In this document: positions 1 through 12,341 of the stretch, piece by piece | Layout of the letters: each line of letters begins with the position of its first letter | Position numbering within the stretch: the stretch's first letter is position 1 | Assembly: GCA_964035545.1 (NCBI GenBank) | Contig: OZ037771.1 | Location: forward strand, 14,445,133 to 14,509,132 | Origin: Bugula neritina | Taxonomy: Eukaryota; Animalia; Bryozoa | Direction: 5' to 3' | DNA: 64,000 nt | The notes under the pieces: model-generated | What the model saw: the letters and a program-made list of their open reading frames with translations, nothing else | Told to the model about the DNA's origin: nothing | Database searches by the model: none | Position numbers and translations under genes: made by a program

Positions 1-135
1 GATAGAAAATATATTCCCTTAGTCAACCAGTATTTAGAGTAAATATTTATAGAATTTGCTAAACATTTTACAATCTTTTCACTTGATCTCTAATATGTAT
101 GATGGCTAAAAATACAAAGTGATTGTTAATATCAC

Positions 136-1165
136 AACAACAATGCCATGTGACACTACAACAATGCCTTGTGACACTGCAACAATGCCATGTGACACTA
201 CAACAATGTCATGTGACATTACAACAATGCCCTGTGACACTACAACAATGCCCTGTGACACTGCAACAATGCCCTGTGACACAACAACAATGCCATGTGA
301 CACTACAACAATGTATTGTGACACTACAACAATGCCATGTGACACTACAACAATGCCATGTGACACTACAACAATGCCATGTGACACTACAACAATGCCA
401 TGTGACACTACAACAATGCCATGTGACACTACAACAATGCCATGTGACACTACAACAATACCCTGTGACACTGCAACAATGCCCTGTGACACTACAACAA
501 TGCCATGTGACACTACAACAATGTATTGTGACACGACAACAATGCCATGTGACACTACAACAATGCCATGTGACACTACAACAATGCCATGTGACACTAC
601 AACAATGCCCTGTGACACTGCAACAATGTATTGTGACACGACAACAATGCCATGTGACACTACAACAATGCCCTGTGACACTACAACAATGCCCTGTGAC
701 ACTACAACAATGCCATGTGAAACTACAACAATGCCCTGTGACACTACAACAATGCCATGTGACACTACAACAATGCCATGTGACACTACAACAATGCCCT
801 GTGACACTGCAACAATGCCCTGTGACACTACAACAATGCCATGTGACACTACAACAATGCCATGTGACACTACAACAATGCCATGTGACACTACAACAAT
901 GCCATGTGACACTACAACAATGCCAGGTGACCCTACAACAATGCCCTGTGACACTACAACAATGTATTGTGACACTACAACAATGCCCTGTGACACTACA
1001 ACAATGCCCTGTGACACTACAACAATGCCCTGTGACACTACAACAATGCCAGGTGACACTACAACAATGCCCTGTGACACTACAACAATGCCATGTGACA
1101 CTACAACAATGCCATGTGACACTACAACAATGCCATGTGACACTACAACAATGCCATGTGACACC
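136..1165. repeat. 21-bp intronic minisatellite (ACAACAATGCCATGTGACACT)n, about 49 units
   Basis: Directly visible tandem array ending about 20 nt before the acceptor at 1181-1183. It explains the three 350-aa repetitive ORFs. Confidence 0.97.
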
Positions 1166-1183
1166 ATGTTATCTTGTTGCTAG

Positions 1184-3974
1184 GTAACGGACTCTGAATT
1201 TGAAGACATCCTGATGAGTCTTTCAGAAGCTTCTAGAGTGACGTTCTTTCAGAAAGCAGTTGAATGTTCGCTGCCGTGTCTACTGCTGACTACAATGGTG
1301 GTGACCGTAGCGATAACTTTCTCCTTATGGTTCCTGGTTGTTGGTGAGTAGAAAGAGTTATATGTAGAAAGGATTATCTGTAGAAAAGGTCAACTGTAAA
1401 AAGGGTTATATGTAGAAAGGGTTATCTGTAGAAAGGGTTATATTATGTAGGAATGATTATATGTAAAAAAAGGTTACCTGTAGAAAGGGTCAACTGTAAA
1501 AAGGGTTATCTGTAGAAAGGGTTATATGTAGAAAGGATTATCTGTAGAAAGGGTTATATTATGTAGGAAGGATTATATGTAGAAAAAGTCAACTGTAGAA
1601 AGGATTATCTGTAGGATGTCTTAGCTGCAGAAAGGGTAATGTGTAGAGTGGAGTAACAGTAAAATGAGTTTCTTCTGCAGAAAGGGTCAACTGTAGAAAG
1701 AATTATATTATGTAGAAAGGGTTAACTGTAGAAAGGGCTACCAGTAGAAATGGTTACCATTAGAAGGGTTTAGTTGTAGACTAGGTAGTTTGTAGAATAT
1801 GTTACATGTAAAGTGCTTAAAGTTACACTATATGGCTATAGAAATAATCGTTAGCCAATGCGTCTCTTTATATGACAATGTGTTGCAGGTGCTCTAAAAC
1901 ATCACCCACATTTATATGACAATGTGTTGCAGGTGCTCTAAATTATCACCAATATTTATATAACAATGTGTTGCAGGTGCTCTAAAACATCACAAGGCTG
2001 AAGATGGGAATATCTCAGGCAGCATATTTTGGAGTTTTATGATCTTAGTATTCTTTATACCTGCCGTCACTGCTCTAGTAATGGTGGCCATTCTAATACA
2101 TCTAGTTAATTATGTAAGTTTCTTTACAATATACTTCTACAATTTTATGTTGTCATGCTTTAATATATAGTATGTAATAGTATATGGTATATCATGCTTT
2201 AATGTACTATATTATACAATATCATAATATTTTATATGATATTATGGTATATTATTATCTTAGATTGCCCAAAATTATTTCACATAATATTATGTTATAC
2301 AATGTATAGCCTACAGCATATTATGTTATGTTACAATGCATCATACTCTATTATTATATAGTATATTATATCATTTTATATTATTTATAGTATCTCATAT
2401 GATTTTATGCAATATGCTATTTATATTATAATAGATATGTTATACACTGTTGTGCTACACTATAGCATATTTTTTTATACGAAACAATGTCGTATTTTAC
2501 TATGTATTATGATAATACAGTATATTATACACTTTTATAATTCTTTTACCATGGCACTAAAAATAAACATTGGAGTATTTTTCAAAAAAAGTTATAATTT
2601 TTTGCAATTTTATTAAATTTATCTTACAGAAATATTTGAAATACAGAATTAAAATAGAAGAATTAAACAAAAGATTTAGAGAGACAAATTTAGTGTTGCA
2701 CTGTCGGAGAGCGTACTGGGCATGCTCGGGAAAGATTCAGCTTTACTTCATTTACTATAACTTTGAACTGTGTCAGGTGAGGCATACTAGATAACTATAT
2801 ACTAAAGAAATTCCATGCTAGCGTTTACCGGAGAGAGCACGACTCTTATGTATGACACAGTATTTTAACATTCACCAAGTTTTGTATAAAAATCAGAGCA
2901 AAATAGTTATTGTAACAATTAAATAAATTAACTTTTTTTATTTGAAAAACTTTTTTTTAAATTACTATAATTTACTGAATATTTATTAAAAAATAATGTG
3001 CAATATAATATTTATTATAGCAAACTCTGTATTGTCACGTACATGATGATATGAGTAGAATGAATGGAACAGCTACAAGCAAGTCAAGTCTGTTTGGTAA
3101 TGGAGAGAGCACAACTCTAAAGCTTGATAAAATAATGGTGAGCAGCTAGTTGTGTTTTTACTTCTTGTTTATATTTGTGCACTTCCTTTACGTCAAACAG
3201 GAAATGCCACTCATGACCCAATTCTTTTCATTTCCTTTCTAACTTTCAATTTGTATTTTCTTATTTCAATGTTGTTATTCCGTTTCTGCTCTACAGTATA
3301 AAATAATTAGTAGATAATATTCAATATGGAGCATGATATGTAAACTAAGATATAACATAGATTATAACATGTATAGTTGGTATGTGATACAATGTTGGGA
3401 GGTTTCACTGTAGAAACGGGTCAACACACTGACTAAGAAGTTTGAGTGGGAATATTTTGAAGCTCTCACTAAAGATAAACTGCCTCCAGTGGAAGAGAAA
3501 GACCACAGAAAAAAGGTAAAACTAAAATTGTTTAATAGAAATTATTAAAACTGTTGGCAAATGAATTTGCTTTAAGAAGATGTACTACTGGTAGCTTTAA
3601 TTAAATTAAAAATGATGTACTGTTACAGTATGTGGGCATCAACAATCTTCCTCGGCTTTGTTTAAATTTTAATCTAAACAGTATTTGTACATGTCTTAAA
3701 AGCTAAAGACTAGAAAATAGGACGACGATCTAACTGTAAATGTTGTTGATTATCATACTAAGCTATCTTGCAGGGCATGTGCTTCTGTCAGTACGTACTT
3801 CACAGAGAGATGGACAACTCCCCGACTTCTGTAGTCGAAGCTGTCAAGGGGAGATTCTCCTCGATGAAAAAGAATGCCTTCCGTAAAAGTCATCGTAGGA
3901 AGTCTCAGGGCTATGGGTCAAGGGTATATTTGGCACCGTATAGCAATAGAAATGGATTCGCTAATTTTGTTTAG
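1184..3974 (+). CDS. TMEM268: TMEM268-like two-pass membrane protein, 3' part (5' exons lie upstream of the window)
   Basis: Phase-consistent GT-AG exons 1184-1343, 1977-2113, 2630-2776, 3021-3137, 3414-3515, 3774-3974 (stop). Two hydrophobic segments, then KIQLYFIYYNFELC (recalled TMEM268 IQLWFVYFDLENC) and a C-terminal H-x(4-5)-CxCQ motif (HRKKGMCFCQYV). Family assignment is from recalled motifs, not a search. Confidence 0.75.
1345..1800. repeat. Degenerate ~19-22 bp repeat (TGTAGAAAGGGTTAT...) starting at the donor site
   Basis: Repeated GTAGAAAGG core from the GTGAGTAGAAAG donor onward. Confidence 0.8.
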
Positions 3975-5710
3975 TGGTCGAAATGGATTCGCTAACTTGG
4001 TGTAACAACATAATGGATTCACTAGTTTTGTGTAGCTTGTTGCACAAAAGATAATTCTTAGATAATTTCTCTATTTGAAATATCATTCAGTTAGTATTTC
4101 TTATAAACATTTTCTGGTAATATCCATTCCATTATCAGTAGAAACTCAAATTCTCACCAAATCTCATTCTTTTATTTTCATTCGCTATTCTATTGCGGAA
4201 TATAGTTTTATTTTGTAGATAATTTTTAAATTTGAGAATATCTATATTTTTAACACGCTTGTAAATAATATTTTCATATATTGCTAATATTTTCTCTACA
4301 AAACAAATCATAGCTTTTACTACAAGCTTGTAGAATTAGTGTACATACTTTGTTTTGATAATGATGAATAAATATATGGGAGAATCTCAAAAGAATAATA
4401 GCACATCTTTTCAATTTTTCTCTAAAAAGTGACACCATTTAAATAAAAGCATTACTTTTATAAAAGCAACCTGTATTAGTTTAATTAAATCAGTTTATTT
4501 AACATATTTATAGTTACTCAAGTTGTTGGAACATTTCTTCACTAATGTTTTATGAAACTATCCTTCCGGAACATTTTTATAGCACCAGTATAGAAGTTAC
4601 ATAACTACTGATACACAGGAGAAGTTTGTTGATAAGCTAAACCCACTGACGCACAATTCTGGGAATGACAATATGGTTATCAGTGAAAGCAGCCATTACT
4701 GTTCCATTGCATTATAGGCAGAACTTTGCTCATCACTGAAACAATAGATTCACGCATGCTGGCTGTGATATGCCTGACGCTGTTACCATCACTAGTAAAT
4801 TTTTTTTTCATATCTAATAAATATAATATTATACATATTAAAACTCATTACTAGAATAATGATCTTATGCAAGAAGTCAAAAGTGGTTTTGTGAATGTAT
4901 ATTTTAATAAATAGATTCAGTTTTTTTAAAACAGTGACACAGCTTTAATATTGTGGGCATAAAAGACTTTAACTTAATAGTTGTTTCTATAACATCTATT
5001 ATACTAAGATGATATATATATAAATATATTATACAAGCAGCGTATGATATTATACCAGTATAAAATACATTGTACAACCATAGCATTTAATATCATGTAC
5101 AAACAAAACATATATTATGCTGAGATGACGTATATTATACAGGCAACATATGGTGTTATACTAGCAGGAAATGCATTGTACAAACATAATGTGCATTATG
5201 CAAATATAAAATATATCAAACAAACAAAGCATATATTTGCGAATAGACAACTTTTCAACAATTAATTCCAGAACTATAATTAGAAGGTTTAAATAATAAT
5301 TAATTACAATAAATGCCAATGAACAATATATCTGTCATTCTAGTCTACAATTTTAAAGTTTCGTTCAGAAGATTTATAGAAAAAAAATTCTAAAGCAGTC
5401 TGCGTGTTCTACACTTAACATGTTCTACACTTTACATGTTCTACAGCTTAGATGCTCTACAGTTAAGATGGTTTACAGTCTACGTGTTCTATAGTTAAAG
5501 GAAGGTGAAATTTAGGGACAAATTCATTAGTCAACAGCACATCATGCATGGCATACGATTTTATCTCAAAGTTTGTCAGATATCTGAGAAGCGTGGAAAA
5601 CTTCAGATGTTTTAGACTAAGTTTTTATTCTCACAAAATAGAAAGGGAGTGTTATCTAAGAAGACGGTATTTACCTTTGTAAACTCTTAAGAGAACCTCA
5701 ACTAAGTGAG

Positions 5711-5762
5711 TATAAAAGGAGTGGACAGAGACTCTAAGCTTCACTCTTGTAGTCGGAATAGA
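5711..5762 (+). promoter_or_regulatory. TATA box, initiator and short non-coding exon 1 of precursor gene 1
   Basis: TATAAAA at 5711, TCACTC initiator about 30 nt downstream, donor GTAAGT at 5763. Same arrangement in genes 2 and 3. Confidence 0.8.
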
Positions 5763-5969
5763 GTAAGTATATTACTGTCTTATATTCATACACTACTCTA
5801 CTCTAGACAGTGTTTTACTGTTCTGTGATATTACTATTATATCTTATAGCTTGAATTAAAAGATTTTTACTTATTATAATTTATGTGATCTAAGACAATA
5901 AGTGTTTAAAGACTGCAAAGTTTTTCACTCTAACACTTTAGTATTTGTTGACAGGAAAACAACTGAACC

Positions 5970-8494
5970 ATGAAGGTTGCCGTAGTCATCCTCGCTGTTG
6001 CAATTGTTGGAGCATTTGCTCAAGACACCACCACCCCTTCTGGGCCACCACCATTCGTGTGCACCAGCAGCAACTCCTTTGTCTGCACAGTAAGTAACTC
6101 CACAAACAATTTATTTTTACATGTAGTTAGTTTAGATTGTTGAGGAACTATTATTAAAATTACTAATCAAAATTGCATGTTTTGAAACTTAAAACATGAA
6201 ACATGTAACATACATTAGATAAACGTTTTATTATATAAATATTAAATCGTGCAAACATTATAGTATTTCATTATAGTATAATACTAATGTACAGTTTTAT
6301 TTTCACGTCAACAGCGTAAATAAAAACGTTTTCAACTAATAAATGCTCTTCTACTCATTTTCCTCAAGTATATGTATAAGTAAAGTTAACAAATCACACT
6401 TTCCTGTTGAAAGTTACTGATGTATGTATCTCTTTTTAGACTTAGCCGATTCAATTTAGTTTTGTTTATAGAAAATGTTTGTAGTATGTTATTTATTATA
6501 AAAACAATTACACAAAATTGTAGTTCCAGAAACTGGGACATAGCATCAAGTATCACGCTAAAAAATTGGGATCAAAACTTTCTGATGTGGGCGGCTCTAT
6601 CTTAGGCGCCACCATCGATCAAGGAAAGAACCTTTTGGCCAACGGTGCCCAAGGCAAGTACATGCATAGACTAGTATATATAAATTGTGCATAAAACGCA
6701 AGTATACTTGGACATCAATGCAAGAATAATTTTACTGTCAATTTTCACTTTCTGAAGTCGCAACACCATGACAGCTGCATCTCGCTGACTTTGATTGGTA
6801 AACTTATTACACTTCTCTTGCTAGCTGTTCTTTCTATTAACATTCAGTTTATTTTATTAGCTGTGCTTGGAACTGTTCTGGAACATCTCAACAAGGAAGG
6901 TCTTGTAGGAAAGAGAGAACAAAGCTCTTTCCTCAGCAAAGTTAGAGACCACGTCAAGAATGGCTTTGACAAGCTCAAACAGGTGAAACTTAATGACACT
7001 TTTGCAGTCTATAACAGCAAAATTATTCTGATTACTTTAAATTTGTAATTTTATGACAATGGTTTTAAATGAACCGCCCAAAGCGTACAAATTAACCGTT
7101 TACTCGTTGCAGATCAAAGAAGGTCTACACACAGCCTTCAAGAATGCCGTTGACAAGCTTCACAGCAAATTGGTCGATGTTGCAGCACTCAAGAACATTG
7201 ATGACGATGCTGACAAAGCAGTTGATGATGCCGTAGGTCAGTCGGTTTGTCAAGCGTAATGAGCAAATTAAGATATTTTGTTCTTGTTAAGAAAGACAAC
7301 TCTAACATCAAATAATTTTGCAGATGAGTTCAACAAGGAAGGTAACAAAGGAAGATTCGCCATGGCCAAGGCTATTGCTGGTAAAATCAGGGATATCTTC
7401 AAAGCTGGTATGGACAAACTGAGAGAGAGATTCGGTAAGAAGGTTGAGGAGAGAGCTATCTTTGGATTCGACTCTCTTTCTGATGCCTGGGAGAAAGCTA
7501 AGGGACATTTGAGCAACCTCGGTGGTGCCATTGCTGATACCTTCAAGCCTCATATCGATTCTCTCAAACAGGTATGCCTTCTTAATTTTAATTTAAATTC
7601 ATTGTTGCTTTTCAAAAAGAGCAGTCGGTGCGTTGATTTTCTTTTGAGTTAAAGAGCTTTCTTGATAACCAAATGCCAATTTTTGAATTCAGTAAAAATT
7701 TTTTAAAATTTGATCAAACTAGCACATCACTAATAAAAATACACACTCACTTTGATTGATTTCAGGGTGTTAGTGCACTCGGAGACCAAGTCAAGGCTCA
7801 TGCTGGAAACATTGCTGGAAAACTTAAAGAATCATTCGATGGTCTGAAGGGCAAACTGTCTGGACACATTGACACCCTCAAAGGTCACGCTGCCACTCTT
7901 GGATCCCACGCTACCAACGCACTCAAAGCTCTTGGAGAGGCTGTCGCTGGCATCACCCGTAAGTGCAGACACCTTGAACTCTACTCTGAGTAGAGATGTT
8001 AGGTTTATAAAAGTTGCTTTACTTTTCACCTAAACTACTTTCTCACTACCTCAAAACTTTAATGAAAACTGTTGTCCTATACCTGGTGACTTACATCTTA
8101 GCTTGTGATTTACTTATTAGCTAGTAACTTACCTATTAGTTAGTGACTTATAATTTATTAGTTAGTTACTTAATTATTAGCTAGTAACTTATATAATTTA
8201 TTGGTTATTTACTTACATATTAGTTAACTACTCACATATTATTTATTAATTTGCCTAATAGCCAGTGACTTACCTATTAGCTAGTGATTTACCCATCAGC
8301 TACTCAGTCAGCTGTACTTACTTCTTCAGTTATTTGTGAACAAGTTGAAATATAATCATTATTCTGTTGAATATTTGTTTTATACAGAGCAAGTGGCTAG
8401 CAACATCTCTGGAACCGCCAGCGATGCAGTCAAGACCGTAGTTGATGCTGCCGGAGTTGTCAGCAACCACGTCGGAGATGCTGTTGCAAACTAA
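5970..8494 (+). CDS. Secreted amphipathic-helix multi-peptide precursor, gene 1 (347 aa)
   Basis: Coding exons 5970-6089, 6524-6653 (GC donor), 6861-6982, 7113-7236, 7324-7571, 7766-7958, 8388-8494 give 1044 nt with no internal stop. Signal peptide MKVAVVILAVAIVGAFA, C-x7-C pair, GKR and GKK-VEER sites, AATAAA at 8544. Exon sizes are shared with genes 2 and 3. Confidence 0.92.
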
Positions 8495-10095
8495 ATCTAA
8501 AATTATCAAATTTTTGTGAACATCTTAAGTATTGAGATCTGACAATAAAATATTCCTATAACATAAAGTATACCTTCAACTTACTAACTTATTTATTCTT
8601 TTGCCTATTGTATTATTGAGTATAATATAGTAAGTAGCAACTTAAAGACTTCAACAACTCTCTCTATAAAGCTATATTCAGCACATTGTGGGAAAGGCTT
8701 ATAATACAAGATATTTTTTCATAAACACTAAAATTAAAGTTTGCCAAACACTGCTAAGCTTTTAGGTGTGTCAAATATTCAAAACACACCCCCAGCATGG
8801 TATTTTTATAATATAAATATGCTCATAAGAAATGTCTTGCTATATTCAATATCTAGTAGTTTAAGGAATCACTCAAGCAAAGATACAAATAAGAATAGAT
8901 TATACAATGGAATTCCTGTGTTTTATAGAGTGGGATCCTAGCAAATTCATTAATTAACCTTTATTTGGGGTTGGTTTGACAGGCAGCTAGGTGACTAAAT
9001 TCTCATTTTGTAATGCTAAGCAAACTGTTGCAGTAACCATTAATTAGTATCAGCAGGTTAATAAAAATGATGACCCACTAAAATAATTAGACTAACTCAA
9101 GAACCGCAGCTACAATCAACTAGTTTTATAAAAGTCATAATAATATTATATGAATAATTAATGCAACACTAATCTATGTAAAACTAATTTGTTTCCCCAA
9201 TCTTAATTCTTGTAAGACAGTTAGCCAATCACATGAGGTTACCTTGCAGCTAATCTACTAAATACTATAAGCCATATCACATTACAGAAATAGGTTATTA
9301 TCACATAATGTATTGCTCTATATATATTACAGAAAACAATATTGGATGTTTGGTGCTATAGTTGCAAGCTTCAAGCTTTACTAGAGTTCTTAAAATCCCA
9401 CACAGCTCTGCTGCAAGCATGTGACAACACCATAAGTCACACCCACCACGAATAGCAAGAGCAATGAAGTCTAAGGAAATAAAATGAAATAAAATATATA
9501 AGTTTTATTCAGTCATTAGATGTAAAATTTCCAAAAAGATATTTATACTATACATAGAATACCCTTACTACAGTATAGATGCAAATACTTGTAGGTATAC
9601 ATATAATATAAGGATAACAAAAACATGAACATAAATACAATGCACATAAATACAATCTAAAGATACATAAAGAACACATGCTACAAATATGGATGCCTTA
9701 TAATATAAAAAATAGATGCATGTGTAATAAAGAACCAAAATATCTGTTATATGAAAACCAGATTTTGTTACTGACAGTTGTGAGCAATCCAACAATGAGC
9801 AAATAACTTCTAACATAATCAAACTGCCTCAATTTTTGTCATAGTATTATTTGGCATTAATTTATAGCTTTAGCTAAAAGCAGTGTTCTAACTGCATACA
9901 TTATTATTTAAAAAGCCAACGCTCCACTAATATCAAAGCAATTGCTCTAATTTTTACAACTATTCCTCTAACTTGAACACAGGTTTTTTAAACAACAGTC
10001 AGTCACATGACAGTCACATGTCAGTCACATGACAGTCACGTGATATTAGTAGTAGTTTTAGTTTTGTTACTGGCCAGTTTTAGCAACATTACATA

Positions 10096-10851
10096 CACAG
10101 GATAGTTAAGGGCATCCTCACTAAGAATATCATAAATTTCTCTCAAAATGTAGTTCAGGTTCTTGAATAATATTGCTCTGCGGGTGGCATGCGTGTTGCC
10201 TACTTGTAAATGTTTAGCCTAAGATTAAACTACAACCAATAAGCAGCAACCTTCGTTAGGGCTGCGTAATCTATCAACATTCCATTATGGGTGCTACATA
10301 AACAAAGTACAAAGCGAGCTATTCATTATAGCCTGCCAGCTAGCTAGCCTGTAATTATTATGTAGGCGCCAATATCTTCTCATCCCTACGTGCTCAGTGA
10401 AGCGTGAAGTGCTGCGCGCTGCTAGTTTCTTATGAGAAAATATGGCATTTTCAGTGTATAAATCACCAATTTATGAGCAATCTAGCAGAGTTATTGAAAA
10501 AAGAAAAAAAGTTACACTGGAGAAATATCTCAGGATTCCAGCAGTGCAATTTTTATTCAGATATCATGCTTTGCTGCTGAGATATTTTACTGGTACTGAA
10601 AAGTCAGCTTTTCAGGCAAAATTGGCCAAAATTCGGCAGTTTTTTGTCTATAACTTCGCAAAAAAAATGAAAATTGAAATTTCCAAAAAACTTACACTGG
10701 AGAATAAGAAGATCTACAACATAGTTTTTAAATTTTGACTCTAGCACAATTAGGTGAGATTTTATTTTACTGGTACTGAATTCTTATATGATTACAATGC
10801 AAACCTCAGCAAGGCAGTTGCAGCTAAAAGGTTGCCCTTAACTATCCTGTG
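10096..10851. mobile_element. 756-bp non-autonomous Tc1/mariner-type MITE
   Basis: Perfect 19-bp TIRs CACAGGATAGTTAAGGGCA / TGCCCTTAACTATCCTGTG and TA target duplication. The empty site CATTACA-TA-ACTATGGCAG is present in the duplicate at about 16711-16730. Confidence 0.9.
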
Positions 10852-11573
10852 TAACTTTGGCAGCTGAGCTCTGCTAAATAAGTCTAGTTTAAACTTTTGT
10901 ACCATCTTGATAGGGTCAACTTTGGTGATGCAGCACCAACTTGTCTAACATGAACACCTATCTGCTGCAAATCAAACTGTAAGAGAGAGGTTGAAAACTA
11001 GGCCATATACGAGCACCTTATGTGAACAGAATAGTTTTATGTTATGTACTAAGTGTGCTTTTAGCTGCTCTTGCATTGTTCAAGTTGTACTATAACTTTC
11101 AACACCATAATGATATCTTTTGATGCTTTAAATGGAATGTTGATTATTGTTTCTTTTTAAAGCAGTTTTTTTTCAGGACTACTTTCTATAGGCTTATAGC
11201 AATATGATTTTTGTAGAATATTGTTGCAATGTAATATTTTATCACTGCAAGGAGAAATCAAGCATAGCTGAAAGCTTTTGCTTTCCCGTTTGGGAGCCGA
11301 ACCCGTTGATATATAACCCCAAAGCTGTTTATACAACTCTAAGGTTACATATAATATTATTATACCTTTAAGGCCACCTATATACTTCCAAGGTTGCATA
11401 ATGTACATATACCTTAAAACCCACATCATAGCGCTAAAGATAAATATATATTACATATAATACAACTGCAAATCATTTTGTAACTCATTTGTTACCTGTA
11501 TAACTTTCAGATAAACAGAGCCCTGGTTTAATTTTATACTGGCGTATTGTGGATAAGGTAGTTAACTCAACAG

Positions 11574-11737
11574 CACTGCGTTTCCATTATCGCATTATGC
11601 GAATGGATTTTTTCATTCGGCTAATGGAAACAGTTACATCGGATGAAACCGCAACTATAAGGTAATGCAAACCACAAACCACAAATAATCCGTACGAAGC
11701 ATTCATTCGCATTATGCGCAGTCATGGAAACGCACTG
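11574..11737. mobile_element. 164-bp PIF/Harbinger-type MITE
   Basis: Imperfect ~35-bp TIRs (CACTGCGTTTCCAT... / ...ATGGAAACGCACTG) and 3-bp CAG target duplication. Empty site CTCAA-CAG-GTGT at about 17464-17475. Confidence 0.85.
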
Positions 11738-12289
11738 CAGGTGTCTGTGACTTTTGTAAAGGAAGTGTCTTTTGGCATCAATATTGCTTGACTTAAGTGC
11801 TGACAGATATGATAGCAGTAGTGTGGTTGACTATTACATACAACTGTGCTAAGTAATACTAAACCATTGATATCAATTGAGTTGCCAAAAGCAATTCACT
11901 TCGGTGAAGTCATTTTAACAGTGCAAATGTTCTACCGATTACAAAAGAAATTTCAATTTCAATAGTCATTTTGATTGAGACTTTTTGTTTCATAAAATTT
12001 GTTTCTATACTTCAAGTATTAAACACAGTAAAATGAAGATAATAGATCACGTGGAATAGACACATGGCAAGCTAAAACGTTGTCCTTATTTGCGTCAATC
12101 TACAGATAACCGACTGAGAGAAACTGCAGATGGCGTAGCGATGTTCCTGTGCTGCTAGGGGCCGGATACTAACTGTTGTTGAGTTACATAGACAGGTGCA
12201 ACATTCACATAGCCTAGAAGGTAAAGGGTGGTGACTGAAAAGACCCCATATGTTTTGACAGACTCCTGATAGAACCTCAACTAAGAGAG

Positions 12290-12341
12290 TATAAAAGGAG
12301 TGGACAGGGACTCTAAGCTTCACTCTTGTAGTCGGAATAAA
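12290..12341 (+). promoter_or_regulatory. TATA box, initiator and non-coding exon 1 of precursor gene 2
   Basis: TATAAAA at 12290, TCACTC initiator, donor GTAAGT at 12342. Confidence 0.8.

Noticed and set aside
106-1187. Three ~350-aa repetitive ORFs (PCDTTTM, VTLQQCH, SHGIVVV)
   Set aside because: They are translations of a 21-bp intronic minisatellite that is open in several frames on both strands, with no signal peptide or gene context.
6021-6053. Functional link between the TTTPSGPPP O-glycosylation-like segment of gene 1 and the nearby GALNT
   Set aside because: The genes are 45 kb apart with unrelated genes between, and animal gene neighbourhood is weak evidence.
7268-8029. Minus-strand ORFs conserved in three copies (also 13736-14497 and 19564-20376)
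   Set aside because: They are antisense shadows of the plus-strand exons. Splice sites and synonymous changes all support the plus strand.
10442-10738. 98-aa ORF inside the MITE as a transposase
   Set aside because: Too short, with no DDE/D or HTH motif recognisable.
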